64,000 nt of DNA, from NCBI GenBank assembly GCA_016931255.1, contig JAFGFG010000009.1, forward strand, positions 91,627-155,626. The letters run 5' to 3'. This DNA is from Candidatus Aenigmatarchaeota archaeon. Lineage in GTDB: Archaea > Aenigmatarchaeota > Aenigmatarchaeia > QMZP01 > JAFGSV01. Under the pieces are notes generated by a model. It saw only the letters and a program-made list of their open reading frames with translations, was not told where the DNA came from and made no database searches. How positions within the stretch are numbered: the stretch's first letter is position 1; each line of letters opens with the position of its first letter. This document shows positions 27,393 through 37,210 of the stretch, piece after piece. A program made the position numbers and the translations under genes.

Positions 27393-29425
27393 CCTACAAG
27401 GCTGCCTGAACCGGATGGTATGAGCCTCTGAAAATCATCCGTGTTTATTGCCTCCACATACGTCCTTTCTTCAGGGGATGCCTTATATACAAGTGTTTCC
27501 TTTATTTTCTTTGCGAGTTCGTTCGATGGAATGTCACCAGGCTTTATTGTGACAAAATATTTTGCATATGTGCGGAGAGCCATAACAGGACCTGATAATG
27601 CTTCAGCCCTCTGCTGGTTCCTGTCCACAAGCACGCCTATGGCAATCTTTATCTCAACATCGCGGAACCATTCACGGTTGCCATAAACCATGAATGAGCC
27701 CTTGGGAAGATTCATCCCGCTGGGAGGATTTTTCGAGATCTGGCTCGGCCTCACTGCGAACACATCCACAGAACCAAGGCCCTTGCTCCACGCCTTTGAA
27801 TAAGCAGCTGATATCTCCGAAGCCTCCTTCATGACTTCAGGCGGAAGGCTTTCACCTTCCTTCAGCCCGGAGAACCTAGTACCCTTCGGCGACTTGGTCT
27901 TTATGGCCACGAATGCCGAACCAGAGACATCACTGTGGAATACCCAGTCCGTGTCATCCAACTTCTTCTTTACAAGGGTCTCGTTGGTTGATGCATCCTT
28001 CCCTGCGACTATCAGGAATTTATTCGATGATATGAACCACCTGAACTTCTCGTACCATTTCCCGCTTTTTTTCCTGGGCTTCTTCTCCTTTGAAGGAGGT
28101 GCTGCGTATTCAGGCATTTCAGCTATCATCTGAAGCTCTGTTTTCCTTTCAGCCATTGCCGATTCAGCCCCTTCAGCGCGCCTCTTTGCATCCTTGGAGC
28201 CTTCGTAGTATTTCGCGGCATTCTCCTCCACGGACAATGTGAAGTCAAGCTCGATTTCCTTCCCGCCGAGCTCGACAACTACGGTCCCGTCATGCTCCCT
28301 TATCTCTATTATGGATTCAGCTTCCGGTGTCTGCTCGCTCTGGACCCTTCTCTTTATCTCTTCCCAGCTGATGCCGCTGTCCTTGGCCATCCTTATGCCG
28401 TTGATTATGTCCTCCACGAGCCCGTAGAACCTGTATATGACATCAGCCTTGTCCTTCTCACCAGAGCGTTTCTCCTTCATCTTTTCAACAGACTTCTTCT
28501 GCATGTCTATTATCCGTTCTATCTTTTCCTTCTTTTCATCAGCAGCCTTGTTCTGATTTACTTTTACCTCTTCAACAATCTTTTCAGCGAAAAGCTCATC
28601 CAGTGGTGCTGAGAGGCTGGACCACTTCCCCTTTATGCCCTCGCTCTTTGTGGCGAGAGGGAACGGGAAAACCGAGCCATCCTCATAAGTCACAGGCTGG
28701 AGTGCCCTTTCCCCAAGCTCTCTCAGTGACGCATACAGCCCCGTAATATCCTCATCAGAAAGCGATGAAGAAACCTTATCAGGGCTTACGCCTGCAACTG
28801 AACATATTTCATTGGCATATACCGAGCCAAAACCGAGTTTTGCCATCACAACAACTGTCTTGTCGTTCGATACTGAGAGAGTTTTCCTGAAATTATCCAT
28901 TGACATGCTGTACGGATTGGCGTTCTCCGGGGGATATCTGTACATCTGCTTTGGCCTTATTTCCCTGTCTTTCCATTTCTGGAACTGAAGAGGCATTATG
29001 ACATTGAGGAACTTGTCGCATAGTATGACATTTCCCGGCGGTATGAACTCGAATATCAGGATGTTGGAGTCTGTCTCGATTTCTATTATCCTGTCGAACC
29101 CGTGCTGGCGTATGTCCTTTATCGTCGCTCCTATGAGATGCTTCCTAAGGAACATGCAGAAGTTGGGGGGTGTCTCCGGTGCCTGCGGCTTGCGCTGCGC
29201 AAGGAACATGTTCTCGGAGTCTGAGTACAGCCAGAAGCTGCCTTTGGTCGAGAGGTAAACATCAAAGAGGAGCTTCTTTTCACCAGAGCCGTACTGGTAG
29301 ACCTTTCTGAACTTACCTCCAAGAAGAGAACTTCTGAGCTCTTTTACTATGAACCTAAAATCGAAGGACTTCAAACCTGACATACTGCTTAAATTATGGT
29401 TTGCATGAAATAAAAGCATCTTCAT
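27389..29425 (-). CDS. NFACT-family protein (archaeal Rqc2/RqcH/FbpA homologue; NFACT-N, coiled coil, NFACT-R/DUF814)
   Basis: 678 aa. N-terminal FDFRFIVKELRSSLLGGKFRKVYQ, central Lys/Glu-rich coiled coil, C-terminal DUF814-like region (VFHSDVSGSAFVAIKT). Confidence 0.8.
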   Translation of the reverse strand: MKMLLFHANHNLSSMSGLKSFDFRFIVKELRSSLLGGKFRKVYQYGSGEKKLLFDVYLSTKGSFWLYSDSENMFLAQRKPQAPETPPNFCMFLRKHLIGATIKDIRQHGFDRIIEIETDSNILIFEFIPPGNVILCDKFLNVIMPLQFQKWKDREIRPKQMYRYPPENANPYSMSMDNFRKTLSVSNDKTVVVMAKLGFGSVYANEICSVAGVSPDKVSSSLSDEDITGLYASLRELGERALQPVTYEDGSVFPFPLATKSEGIKGKWSSLSAPLDELFAEKIVEEVKVNQNKAADEKKEKIERIIDMQKKSVEKMKEKRSGEKDKADVIYRFYGLVEDIINGIRMAKDSGISWEEIKRRVQSEQTPEAESIIEIREHDGTVVVELGGKEIELDFTLSVEENAAKYYEGSKDAKRRAEGAESAMAERKTELQMIAEMPEYAAPPSKEKKPRKKSGKWYEKFRWFISSNKFLIVAGKDASTNETLVKKKLDDTDWVFHSDVSGSAFVAIKTKSPKGTRFSGLKEGESLPPEVMKEASEISAAYSKAWSKGLGSVDVFAVRPSQISKNPPSGMNLPKGSFMVYGNREWFRDVEIKIAIGVLVDRNQQRAEALSGPVMALRTYAKYFVTIKPGDIPSNELAKKIKETLVYKASPEERTYVEAINTDDFQRLIPSGSGSLVG

Positions 29426-30396
29426 GCAAGCGATTTAAACATCAGATAGAATGAGCCTGTTGCTGTTGTTCTGACCTCGCCTATAACCCTGACTTTTCCC
29501 GGCTTTATTTCCTGATAGCTCGTGAGTATGCCGCTGCCTGTCTGGTCTGATATACTGTACCAGTAAACCTTCCCATCATCCTTTTCAATCTTCCTGAAAA
29601 GGCTAAGGTCGCACCTGATGGTTACATCCTTTCCCCTGTGCTTTGAGAGATCCTCTATGAATACATCGTTTCCTGTGGCAGTCTTGGGCTCAGATGCGCC
29701 GTAGATGCCGAATGGCGGTTTTATCATTACCTTTTCGATTTCGCTTTTTTTCACATACTCCGAAAGGCTGGACTTGATGTGTTCTATTTCTTTTCTCAGT
29801 TTCCTCACACTTTCTGTTATATCACTGTCGTCCGATGTTTTTGACTTTTCTGAACCCCTCTTGATTTTTCTTGCAGTGGAATCGAGATTTTTTGATATCA
29901 GGTTGATTTTTGCGGACATGTCCTCCAGCATTTTCCTGTCATCCGGTTTATCCTGCTCATATTCAGTGTTTATGATTTTCTCATCCTTTTTCTTTGCATG
30001 ATTTATGCTGTCCTTGATGTTCTTTATGCACTTCCCGACTTTCTCCTTTTCCTTTCTTACAGAACTGTAGCCCCTTTCCTTTATCTCAATATTGAGCTTC
30101 TTTATGTCATTTGCGCATTTCTTCTTCATGCGGTCGTATGTGTACTCAGGGAACCTTGAGTTCTTGTGCGCATCCTCTATTGAGGAAAGAAACATCTCTA
30201 TCTCGTCTTTCTTCTTGAGTATATCCTTCATCTTCAGTTTTGAGAAGTCTTCCTCCATATCCTCGTTTTTTACAGGCTTTGGATACTCTTTCTTTTCCTT
30301 CTCCCGGGCTGCGCTCACGTTCCTTGTACCCAGAAGTATTGAAAAGTCATCACTTGTGTCGTACTTTCTTTCCTTTTTCATATTTACACTATGCAT
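29422..30396 (-). CDS. Lys/Glu-rich coiled-coil protein with C-terminal OB-fold domain; translationally coupled to the NFACT gene
   Basis: 324 aa. The C-terminal segment (VTIRCDLSLFRKIEKDDGKVYWYSISDQTGSGILTSYQEIKPGKVRVIGEVRTTATGSFYLMF) is OB-like. The stop overlaps the NFACT start by 4 nt. Confidence 0.55.
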   Translation of the reverse strand: MHSVNMKKERKYDTSDDFSILLGTRNVSAAREKEKKEYPKPVKNEDMEEDFSKLKMKDILKKKDEIEMFLSSIEDAHKNSRFPEYTYDRMKKKCANDIKKLNIEIKERGYSSVRKEKEKVGKCIKNIKDSINHAKKKDEKIINTEYEQDKPDDRKMLEDMSAKINLISKNLDSTARKIKRGSEKSKTSDDSDITESVRKLRKEIEHIKSSLSEYVKKSEIEKVMIKPPFGIYGASEPKTATGNDVFIEDLSKHRGKDVTIRCDLSLFRKIEKDDGKVYWYSISDQTGSGILTSYQEIKPGKVRVIGEVRTTATGSFYLMFKSLA

Positions 30397-30408
30397 ACTG
30401 CAAATATA

Positions 30409-32988
30409 TCATTGATACAGCTCACTGGGTGGCTTGGATTTTCTGAGTTTTGAGAACAGGTCGCTGAACACGTTCATGAACCCGACTTCGCTGCTGTATT
30501 CATCATCCCCTACCCTTGTTATGAAGCCGTCTGTTGACAATCGTGACTGATAGCTTATCATTATCTCTTCACCGGGATTGAGAGCGGCAAACCATGTAAG
30601 ATGCGTCTCAGGACCGAATACCTCCATATTTGGGGTAAGACCGCCCGATATGTAAGAGCCTGTCGGAACAGAGTCAGAGACAAGAACATTCTCTATGTAT
30701 TCCCCTGTCCTATTCTTTACTTTGAGTGTGATATTCTGTCCGTTAACATGCTTTGATAGCTTGAGTGGCGGGAGGTTTTTCCAGTAGAAGAATCCTCCGC
30801 CTCCCATGATTATGAAAAGGATAATAGCGAATATGTAAGACAGGTCAACTCCTGCCTCCACATCTATGTAAGATGTCACTTTTTCATATCCCGGCATGTC
30901 AGCGCTTATTGATACGCTTCCTGTTTCAGCTGCAACGAATGTCGCTGAGCCCTGGCTGTTCGTTGTAAGGCTGTCGAGCTTTCCTGACGGGTATTCAATC
31001 TTGACCTTGGCACCTGGCACAGGGTCCATGTTGTGGTCAAGCACTGTGACTGTGAACTGCTGACCGGATGTTATGCTGTCCGGTGAAAGTATCTTAAGTC
31101 CCTTGGCGATGCATGTATTCGTTCCTGTGTTGCATATCTCATTGCTTCCGCAGTCGAAGTTTGAGCAGCACTCATATTCAACGCATTCGTGCTCTTCAAT
31201 CACGCCGCAGTCGCATTCAATGTCTTTGCAGATATTGTCAGCACATTCCTGATTATTGAGGCATTCATCGTTTTCGCAGCATTCGTACGGAATGCATTTA
31301 TGGTCTGATGCATGCGAGCATCCTGAACATGTCAGCGCTACACAGTTATTTCCGGAGCACCACTGTGCCTGGGCGCACATACCAGTCTGGTTGTCGATGC
31401 ATTCATAATCATAAGAGCTGAAATGAACAGTTTTGTCAACTGTGTTTTCTGACATATCCTGACATGACACCTTAATAGAATGATGCCCATTATCCAACTC
31501 AGAAAACAACTGGTACCATTTCTTGTCAGTGATATGTTTCATCAACAGTGCGATTCCACTGTCCAGAGTTGCTGTGCAGTATTCTGAATCCCTTGTTGCT
31601 GTAACCGAAAGATTAATCAAATCCGTCTCCCAGTATGTCTTGTTTTCAGGGTATGAAATCGAAATGCCATAATCCCCTGAATACGAGAAGAATGTCTTTT
31701 CTGCATACAGCGGACTTCCTGTTTCCGGATAGCACCATACGACGATGTCATGCTCGCCTTCTGAAAGGCCTGTAGCATAATACGTCCACTCAGTTCCTGA
31801 TGTCTCATGCATGGTCACGTTTTCATTGTCATCCAGAGAGATGTTGCATCCATTCGCATCGTCAAGTAGTACCACTTTCACAGTTGTGCTTGTAGAGGAT
31901 ATAACATTCCCCGGAGATTCTATCGTTATGCTGTCAATATCAGGACCATCGACAGTGAATAATAATGTCGTGTTCTGTATGCCCAATGATATGTCGAATG
32001 CGATTATGGTTATGTTGTGGAATCCTGGACCGCCGGCGTCGAATGTGCCGGACACTTCATATCTCTCATGCAGTGCGCTGTATGGGGGATCTAATGTGTC
32101 TATGTTAATGTCTTCGTCTTCCTTTCCATCGAGCAGATAGGACGTCACTTTGAGGTTTCCAACATCGAAGAATATGTAGTATTCTACAGCTATATCATTA
32201 GGACTGTCATATGACATTTCCTCGGGGCTGATGACGCTGAGCATATCCGGCGTTTTCATATTCAGCGATGAGACGGCTGAGCCGTCCGTGTTTCCGGCGA
32301 GGTCGGTGCAGTTGACCCACCATTTGTACTTACCGTCGTAGGCGGGGCTGAAGAGGAGATTCAGGGTCCCGTTGTCAATCACAGCCGAGTCGTGCCAAAT
32401 GCCGGCTGCGAGTTCGGCCAGTCCTACAAATACGAACCAACCACCACCGACATTCACCACATTCTTAGCCTCAGACGAATCATTGAAGAACAACCTGCAT
32501 GTCGTATTTGGAGACAGCGTGTCGTTGGCATACAGCCCTGTGACGACATTCAGAAGGTTGTAGTCATCATACTCGAGAGGATTTCCCTCCTCAAGTTCCG
32601 CCGGCAGAACCGAAACCTGAGGTTTTCCCCTGTCAACATAAAGCGTCATGTTTCCCGTCTGCACGAAATCGTCATCAGTCTCGCAAGTTATGTTCCATAT
32701 GTTTTTTCCTTCATTTAAGACTGCTGACTGGATTAATGCCCATGTCATGTTATTAGCTGACTGCATGTTCCTCTCAACGCCATTGACCCTCAGATAGCAA
32801 CCGGCTGAGCCTGAATCGGGGTCCAAGAAGCTGAAGTTGAACCTGAAGTTTTCAGCAGTTTTATTGGTCCATGAATTGTTCAGCGGAAAATTCACGTGCA
32901 CACTTCCTGTAACAGCTGCAACACTGGGCATAGTCAATACAATTAGTAGCGTCAAGGTTAGCAGTGAAGTAATGCGCGCCATTAACAA
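30409..32988 (-). CDS. large secreted Cys-rich surface protein (859 aa) with TM anchor followed by an extra C-terminal domain
   Basis: Signal peptide (ITSLLTLTLLIVLTMPSVAAVTG). Multiple beta-rich repeats. Dense Cys-rich module (CIDNQTGMCAQAQWCSGNNC...CSNFDCGSNEIC). TM segment IFAIILFIIMGGGGFFYW. About 130 aa of soluble sequence after the TM. Confidence 0.65.
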   Translation of the reverse strand: MLMARITSLLTLTLLIVLTMPSVAAVTGSVHVNFPLNNSWTNKTAENFRFNFSFLDPDSGSAGCYLRVNGVERNMQSANNMTWALIQSAVLNEGKNIWNITCETDDDFVQTGNMTLYVDRGKPQVSVLPAELEEGNPLEYDDYNLLNVVTGLYANDTLSPNTTCRLFFNDSSEAKNVVNVGGGWFVFVGLAELAAGIWHDSAVIDNGTLNLLFSPAYDGKYKWWVNCTDLAGNTDGSAVSSLNMKTPDMLSVISPEEMSYDSPNDIAVEYYIFFDVGNLKVTSYLLDGKEDEDINIDTLDPPYSALHERYEVSGTFDAGGPGFHNITIIAFDISLGIQNTTLLFTVDGPDIDSITIESPGNVISSTSTTVKVVLLDDANGCNISLDDNENVTMHETSGTEWTYYATGLSEGEHDIVVWCYPETGSPLYAEKTFFSYSGDYGISISYPENKTYWETDLINLSVTATRDSEYCTATLDSGIALLMKHITDKKWYQLFSELDNGHHSIKVSCQDMSENTVDKTVHFSSYDYECIDNQTGMCAQAQWCSGNNCVALTCSGCSHASDHKCIPYECCENDECLNNQECADNICKDIECDCGVIEEHECVEYECCSNFDCGSNEICNTGTNTCIAKGLKILSPDSITSGQQFTVTVLDHNMDPVPGAKVKIEYPSGKLDSLTTNSQGSATFVAAETGSVSISADMPGYEKVTSYIDVEAGVDLSYIFAIILFIIMGGGGFFYWKNLPPLKLSKHVNGQNITLKVKNRTGEYIENVLVSDSVPTGSYISGGLTPNMEVFGPETHLTWFAALNPGEEIMISYQSRLSTDGFITRVGDDEYSSEVGFMNVFSDLFSKLRKSKPPSELYQ

Positions 32989-33569
32989 TTATTGTCTTCG
33001 CTGCTCATATTAAGTTTTCCGGACTCAGAATCACCTTCATAGTTTTTCTGGTCAAGCTTGCTGTTCATCTTCCTGATCAGGTCTTCGCGTATCTTTTCTT
33101 TCTCACCGCCAAAATAGCGCTCGAATTCAGTTGTGAGGCTGAGCATCTTGCTTCTTCCCTGCCTCTCGGCCCGTATGAGTCCCTTTGACATGAGTGTCTT
33201 TATGTATGCATAGCTTTTGTTGCCCTGTATCCTTATCACATCTGACTGCTGCACAGGTTCCTTGTATGCCACAATCGCAAGTGTCCTTTTCTGGCCCTCT
33301 GTTATGTCTGCATATGGCGTCAGGCCCGCCACCTTCTCTATATGGGCGTGGTCTGCGTGGAACGACCATCCTTGGGGAGTTTCTGCGAGATGAATACCCC
33401 TGTGCTGATATTCGTCCCTGAGTTCAAGAAGCATACCTTTTACGTAGCCGAGTGAATTGACACCCGCAATCTTTCCGAGGCCCTCGACTGTCAAAGGCTC
33501 TGCTGACATGAAGAGAGCTGCCTCCAGAAGACCTTTGTGATTATCCGACTGGCCTGACATAACAATCAC
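32982..33569 (-). CDS. scpB: segregation and condensation protein B (ScpB)
   Basis: 195 aa. LLEAALFMSAEPLTVEGLGKIAGV is the ScpB winged-helix N-domain. Located directly downstream of scpA. Confidence 0.8.
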   Translation of the reverse strand: MIVMSGQSDNHKGLLEAALFMSAEPLTVEGLGKIAGVNSLGYVKGMLLELRDEYQHRGIHLAETPQGWSFHADHAHIEKVAGLTPYADITEGQKRTLAIVAYKEPVQQSDVIRIQGNKSYAYIKTLMSKGLIRAERQGRSKMLSLTTEFERYFGGEKEKIREDLIRKMNSKLDQKNYEGDSESGKLNMSSEDNNC

Positions 33570-34334
33570 TTAATTGTTACTCCCGGGATTTTTTATTTGA
33601 GGAGATTCCTTTCGCTTTATGTATATCTCGTCGAACATCTCCTTCTGCGTGCATTCAACCTTGTTATCGTTGTCAAGGTGTATAAGAGGCATGAATGTGT
33701 CTATGACATTCTCCTTTTCCCATTTCTCAACAAGGTCTGAGAACTTAACGCTCTTCTCCCTGCTAAGGCTGTTTATCATCATGGTTATCCTTCCGTAGAG
33801 CTTTTCTATTCTCAGACCGATGTCATCCGTCCTTATTTTTATCTTTCCGCGGGCTTTTTTCAGCTTGAGGTCACGCCTTTTCTCAGTTGCAAGGACCCTG
33901 CGGAGTGAATCGACGAGCTCATTCAGTGTTATCCTTCTTATGGGCTTCCTTTTTGAGCTTACAGCTATCGGGTCGACATCATTTTCATCTATCTCATTGC
34001 CTATTGACTCTATCTCCTCGTCATCAAGCTCTTCCATGTCTATGAATCCCTCAGGCTCCGGGTCCCTGTCCATCTTCATTATCTTTATGTAATCAGACTT
34101 CATCCTCAGGAGGACTGCCGCGATTATCACCCACTTTGCAGGCACACGGAAATCCAGTTCATCGAGTGATGATATGTGATCGGAAAAGCCAGTCGAGAGC
34201 TTTGTTATGTCAATATTCCAGGGGTCGAGCTCGTTCATTGCGACAACCTGATATATAATCTGCTCCCAGGAGCTTTCTCCGGGAATCAGTCCGAGAATTT
34301 CCATTTCTTTTTCATGCCCGTTGTTGCCTGTCAT
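33570..34334 (-). CDS. scpA: segregation and condensation protein A (ScpA, kleisin)
   Basis: 254 aa. WEQIIYQVVAMNELDPWNIDITKLSTGF is the ScpA N-terminal signature. Acidic middle region. Confidence 0.8.
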   Translation of the reverse strand: MTGNNGHEKEMEILGLIPGESSWEQIIYQVVAMNELDPWNIDITKLSTGFSDHISSLDELDFRVPAKWVIIAAVLLRMKSDYIKIMKMDRDPEPEGFIDMEELDDEEIESIGNEIDENDVDPIAVSSKRKPIRRITLNELVDSLRRVLATEKRRDLKLKKARGKIKIRTDDIGLRIEKLYGRITMMINSLSREKSVKFSDLVEKWEKENVIDTFMPLIHLDNDNKVECTQKEMFDEIYIKRKESPQIKNPGSNN

Positions 34335-34402
34335 ATAGTAATTATTATACGCGACAAAAGTTTATTAATCCTCTGCAGACTCAAACCTTTTTTAAATTTC
34401 GT

Positions 34403-34741
34403 ATGCAATTACGATTTATGAAATTCAGCAAGATAAGGTCAGAAAAGGCTGTTGACAGTTTCATAGAGGCTCTCAAAGAGGGAAATTACAGGAAAGCCAA
34501 GGTCACGCTCGGCGAGCTCAGGGGAACCCCCAAGGAGTTCATGGAGATGTACAACTACCTGACCAAGAACAGCCCACTCAATGATGTCAAGATAAAGATA
34601 AGCACAGTCAAAGCCAAGATTGACTGCCTCTCATGCGACTGGAAGGGCGATGCTCACATAAAGGAGAATCATGTTGAGTGCCCGAGGTGCAGGAGCGATG
34701 TGAATGTCCTGAAGGGGCATGAACTCCGTTTCAATTTCTAA
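34403..34741 (+). CDS. HypA-like zinc-ribbon protein (HypA/HybF fold, lacks N-terminal MHE nickel site)
   Basis: 112 aa. CxxC-x14-CxxC (CLSCDWKGDAHIKENHVECPRCRSD) followed by VNVLKGHELRFNF resembles the HypA C-terminus. N-terminus is MQLRF rather than MHE. Confidence 0.4.
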   Translation: MQLRFMKFSKIRSEKAVDSFIEALKEGNYRKAKVTLGELRGTPKEFMEMYNYLTKNSPLNDVKIKISTVKAKIDCLSCDWKGDAHIKENHVECPRCRSDVNVLKGHELRFNF

Positions 34742-34779
34742 ACATCAGCTTATTTTAGTAGCAATGCGAAAGTGGTCAC

Positions 34780-35709
34780 ATGAAGTGCATACTATGCAAC
34801 AGGAAAGGCGAGATTGAACTCCAGCAGGGCCATCTCTGCGAAAAGTGCTTCCCTGAGTATTTCCAGAAAAAGGTGTACAGGACCATACGGAAATACAGGC
34901 TTTTCAGCAAGGACGATGTCCTCTGTTTCGCTCTTTCAGGTGGAAAGGACTCTCTCGCTGTCGCTTATGTGGTAAGCCAGATAGCCAGGAAGCAGAAGCA
35001 GAGGATGTTTGCAATCGGCGTCGACGAGGGAGTGAAGAACTACCGGGAAATCCAGCTGGAAGACATGAAAAGGTTCTGCGACGGGCTTGGCATCGAATAT
35101 CATATTTTCAGGTTCAGTGACGAATACGGCAAGACCAACGAGGAGATGATGGACATCGCCAGAAAGAAAGGAGTCGACATAAGCCAGTGTACCCTCTGCG
35201 GAATCCTTAGGAGGCGTATACTGAACCGAGAGGCAAGGAATCTGGGAGCCACGAAGATGGTGGTCGGTCACAACCTCGATGACGAGGCTCAGACAAGCCT
35301 CATGAACTTGTTCAAGGGCTCTGTAGACCTTATGGCAAGACTCGGACCGGCTTCGGGTGACTCCAAGCACAAGGGTTTCATACCGCGCATAAAGCCGCTT
35401 TACTTCTGCACCAATGAGGAGACAGCGGCATTCACGAGGCTGAAAGGAATAAAAGTGCTTTACAAGGCATGCCCTCACAGAAAGGATTCATTCAGGGAAT
35501 ATGTTGACAAGAAGATAGAATCAATAGAAAAGGATTATCCCGGCACCAAAACCAGCATCATCCAAAATATAATAAAGATTGTCCCGCTTATCAGGAAAGA
35601 GTACATCAACAGCGAGATAAAGGTGTGCAGGATATGCGGGGAGCCAAGCAGGAACAGCACCTGCAAGTCCTGCGATACTCTCAGGAAGATCGGGCTGATT
35701 AAGGCCTGA
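34780..35709 (+). CDS. TtuA/NcsA-family tRNA 2-thiolation PP-loop ATPase
   Basis: N-terminal Zn finger CILCNRKG...HLCEKCF, PP-loop SGGKDS, Cys cluster CTLCGILRR...C, C-terminal Zn finger CRICGEPSRNSTCKSC. 309 aa. Confidence 0.75.
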   Translation: MKCILCNRKGEIELQQGHLCEKCFPEYFQKKVYRTIRKYRLFSKDDVLCFALSGGKDSLAVAYVVSQIARKQKQRMFAIGVDEGVKNYREIQLEDMKRFCDGLGIEYHIFRFSDEYGKTNEEMMDIARKKGVDISQCTLCGILRRRILNREARNLGATKMVVGHNLDDEAQTSLMNLFKGSVDLMARLGPASGDSKHKGFIPRIKPLYFCTNEETAAFTRLKGIKVLYKACPHRKDSFREYVDKKIESIEKDYPGTKTSIIQNIIKIVPLIRKEYINSEIKVCRICGEPSRNSTCKSCDTLRKIGLIKA

Positions 35710-35778
35710 ACCGATTTCAAAGGAGAACGGATGTTACCGAAAGCCTTTATAAAAATGATTGCAACTTAATAACTTTCC

Positions 35779-36000
35779 ATGAAACTGCTGACATATCCGA
35801 ACTTCAAGACATTCGACAGGATGTATTTTGACATGAACACAGGCAGAGGTGTGGCTGTTCCGGATGGCATGTTTCCGTTCGCCTTCGAGATTGATCCGGA
35901 GACGCTGCTTCCGGTAGAGGAAGCCGTGGCGTATGAGATGGACAGTCCGATGGCCAGGGGCCTACTGATTGAACATCTGCGCCCTGCTGAACTTATTTAA
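35779..36000 (+). CDS. hypothetical small acidic protein (73 aa)
   Basis: Clean ORF between ttuA-like and thiI with no motif. Confidence 0.35.
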   Translation: MKLLTYPNFKTFDRMYFDMNTGRGVAVPDGMFPFAFEIDPETLLPVEEAVAYEMDSPMARGLLIEHLRPAELI

Positions 36001-36021
36001 TTCACAGGTGATTCTCTACTT

Positions 36022-37164
36022 ATGGAATGCATAGTGGTTCACTATTCTGAAATAGGGCTCAAGGGAAGAAATCGTGGATTCTTTGAGAACATGCTTATTT
36101 CGAACATAAGGCAGTCGCTCAAGGAGTTCGCGCCGATAGTCGAGCGCCTCTCGGGACGGATAATGATAGACTACGACCCTGATGACAGGAAAGAGATAGA
36201 GAAACGGCTCCAAAGAATTTCCGGCATTTCCAGTTTCTCATTCGCTTTGGCTGCCGAGAGGGACATCGAAGACATAAAGAGCGCCATCGACAGGCTTGCC
36301 ACGGGGAAGGTGAAGTCTTTTGCAATTTCCACTTTCCGCGGGGACAAGACATTCAGGCATAAGTCTCAGGAAATGAATGTCATGCTCGGGGATTATGTAA
36401 ATGAGAAGTACGGATGGAAGGTGAATCTGACAAATCCGGACAGGACGTTCTTCGTTGAGATAAGCAGGAAGCATGTTTTCATTTTCACTGAAAAAATCAG
36501 GGGACCGGGCGGCCTGCCGGTGGGGTCTTCAGGGAAACTGGTATCGCTCATCTCAGGCGGCATAGACAGTCCCGTGGCTGCGTACGAGATGTTCAAGAGG
36601 GGCTGCCCGATTGTATTCGTGCACTTCCATAACTGGGGCACTGACAAGGAAGTGGTGAGGGACAAGGTGGAGAGCCTCGTGAAGGTGCTTTCAAAGCATC
36701 AGCCCAGGACAGTCCTCTATATGGTGCCATTCGAGGAACTGCAGAAGAGTATCATAGCGCATGTCCCTTCAAAATACAGGATAATTGTCTACAGGCGGGT
36801 GATGTTCGGGATAGCAGGCATGATAGCACGAAAGGAGAAAGCCCTTGGATTCGTGACAGGGGATTCAGTCGGACAGGTTGCATCCCAGACACTTGAGAAC
36901 ATCTACTGCATCTATGCAATGGCACAACTTCCTGTGTTCACTCCGATAGCAGGCTCCAACAAGGAGGACATAGTGGCAAAGGCAAAGGAAATAGGCACGT
37001 ATGACATATCAATCCTTCCGTACAGTGACTGCTGCTCGTTCCTTGTTGACAAGCATCCCGAGACAAGGGCTAAGCTTGAAGTAATAGAGAAAGTCGAGAG
37101 CCCGATTGACATTGAGGCGCTGTCAAGAAATGCATTGGAGCATACCGAAATCCTAAAGTTTTAG
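36022..37164 (+). CDS. thiI: tRNA 4-thiouridine synthase ThiI (THUMP + PP-loop, no rhodanese domain)
   Basis: N-terminal HYSEIGLKGRNRGFFE (ferredoxin-like/THUMP), PP-loop LISGGIDSPVAAYEMFKRGC. 380 aa, archaeal short form. Confidence 0.85.
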   Translation: MECIVVHYSEIGLKGRNRGFFENMLISNIRQSLKEFAPIVERLSGRIMIDYDPDDRKEIEKRLQRISGISSFSFALAAERDIEDIKSAIDRLATGKVKSFAISTFRGDKTFRHKSQEMNVMLGDYVNEKYGWKVNLTNPDRTFFVEISRKHVFIFTEKIRGPGGLPVGSSGKLVSLISGGIDSPVAAYEMFKRGCPIVFVHFHNWGTDKEVVRDKVESLVKVLSKHQPRTVLYMVPFEELQKSIIAHVPSKYRIIVYRRVMFGIAGMIARKEKALGFVTGDSVGQVASQTLENIYCIYAMAQLPVFTPIAGSNKEDIVAKAKEIGTYDISILPYSDCCSFLVDKHPETRAKLEVIEKVESPIDIEALSRNALEHTEILKF

Positions 37165-37210
37165 TACAAATGGATATCAGCCTTTATATGTCCTGAACCA
37201 ATAATATATA

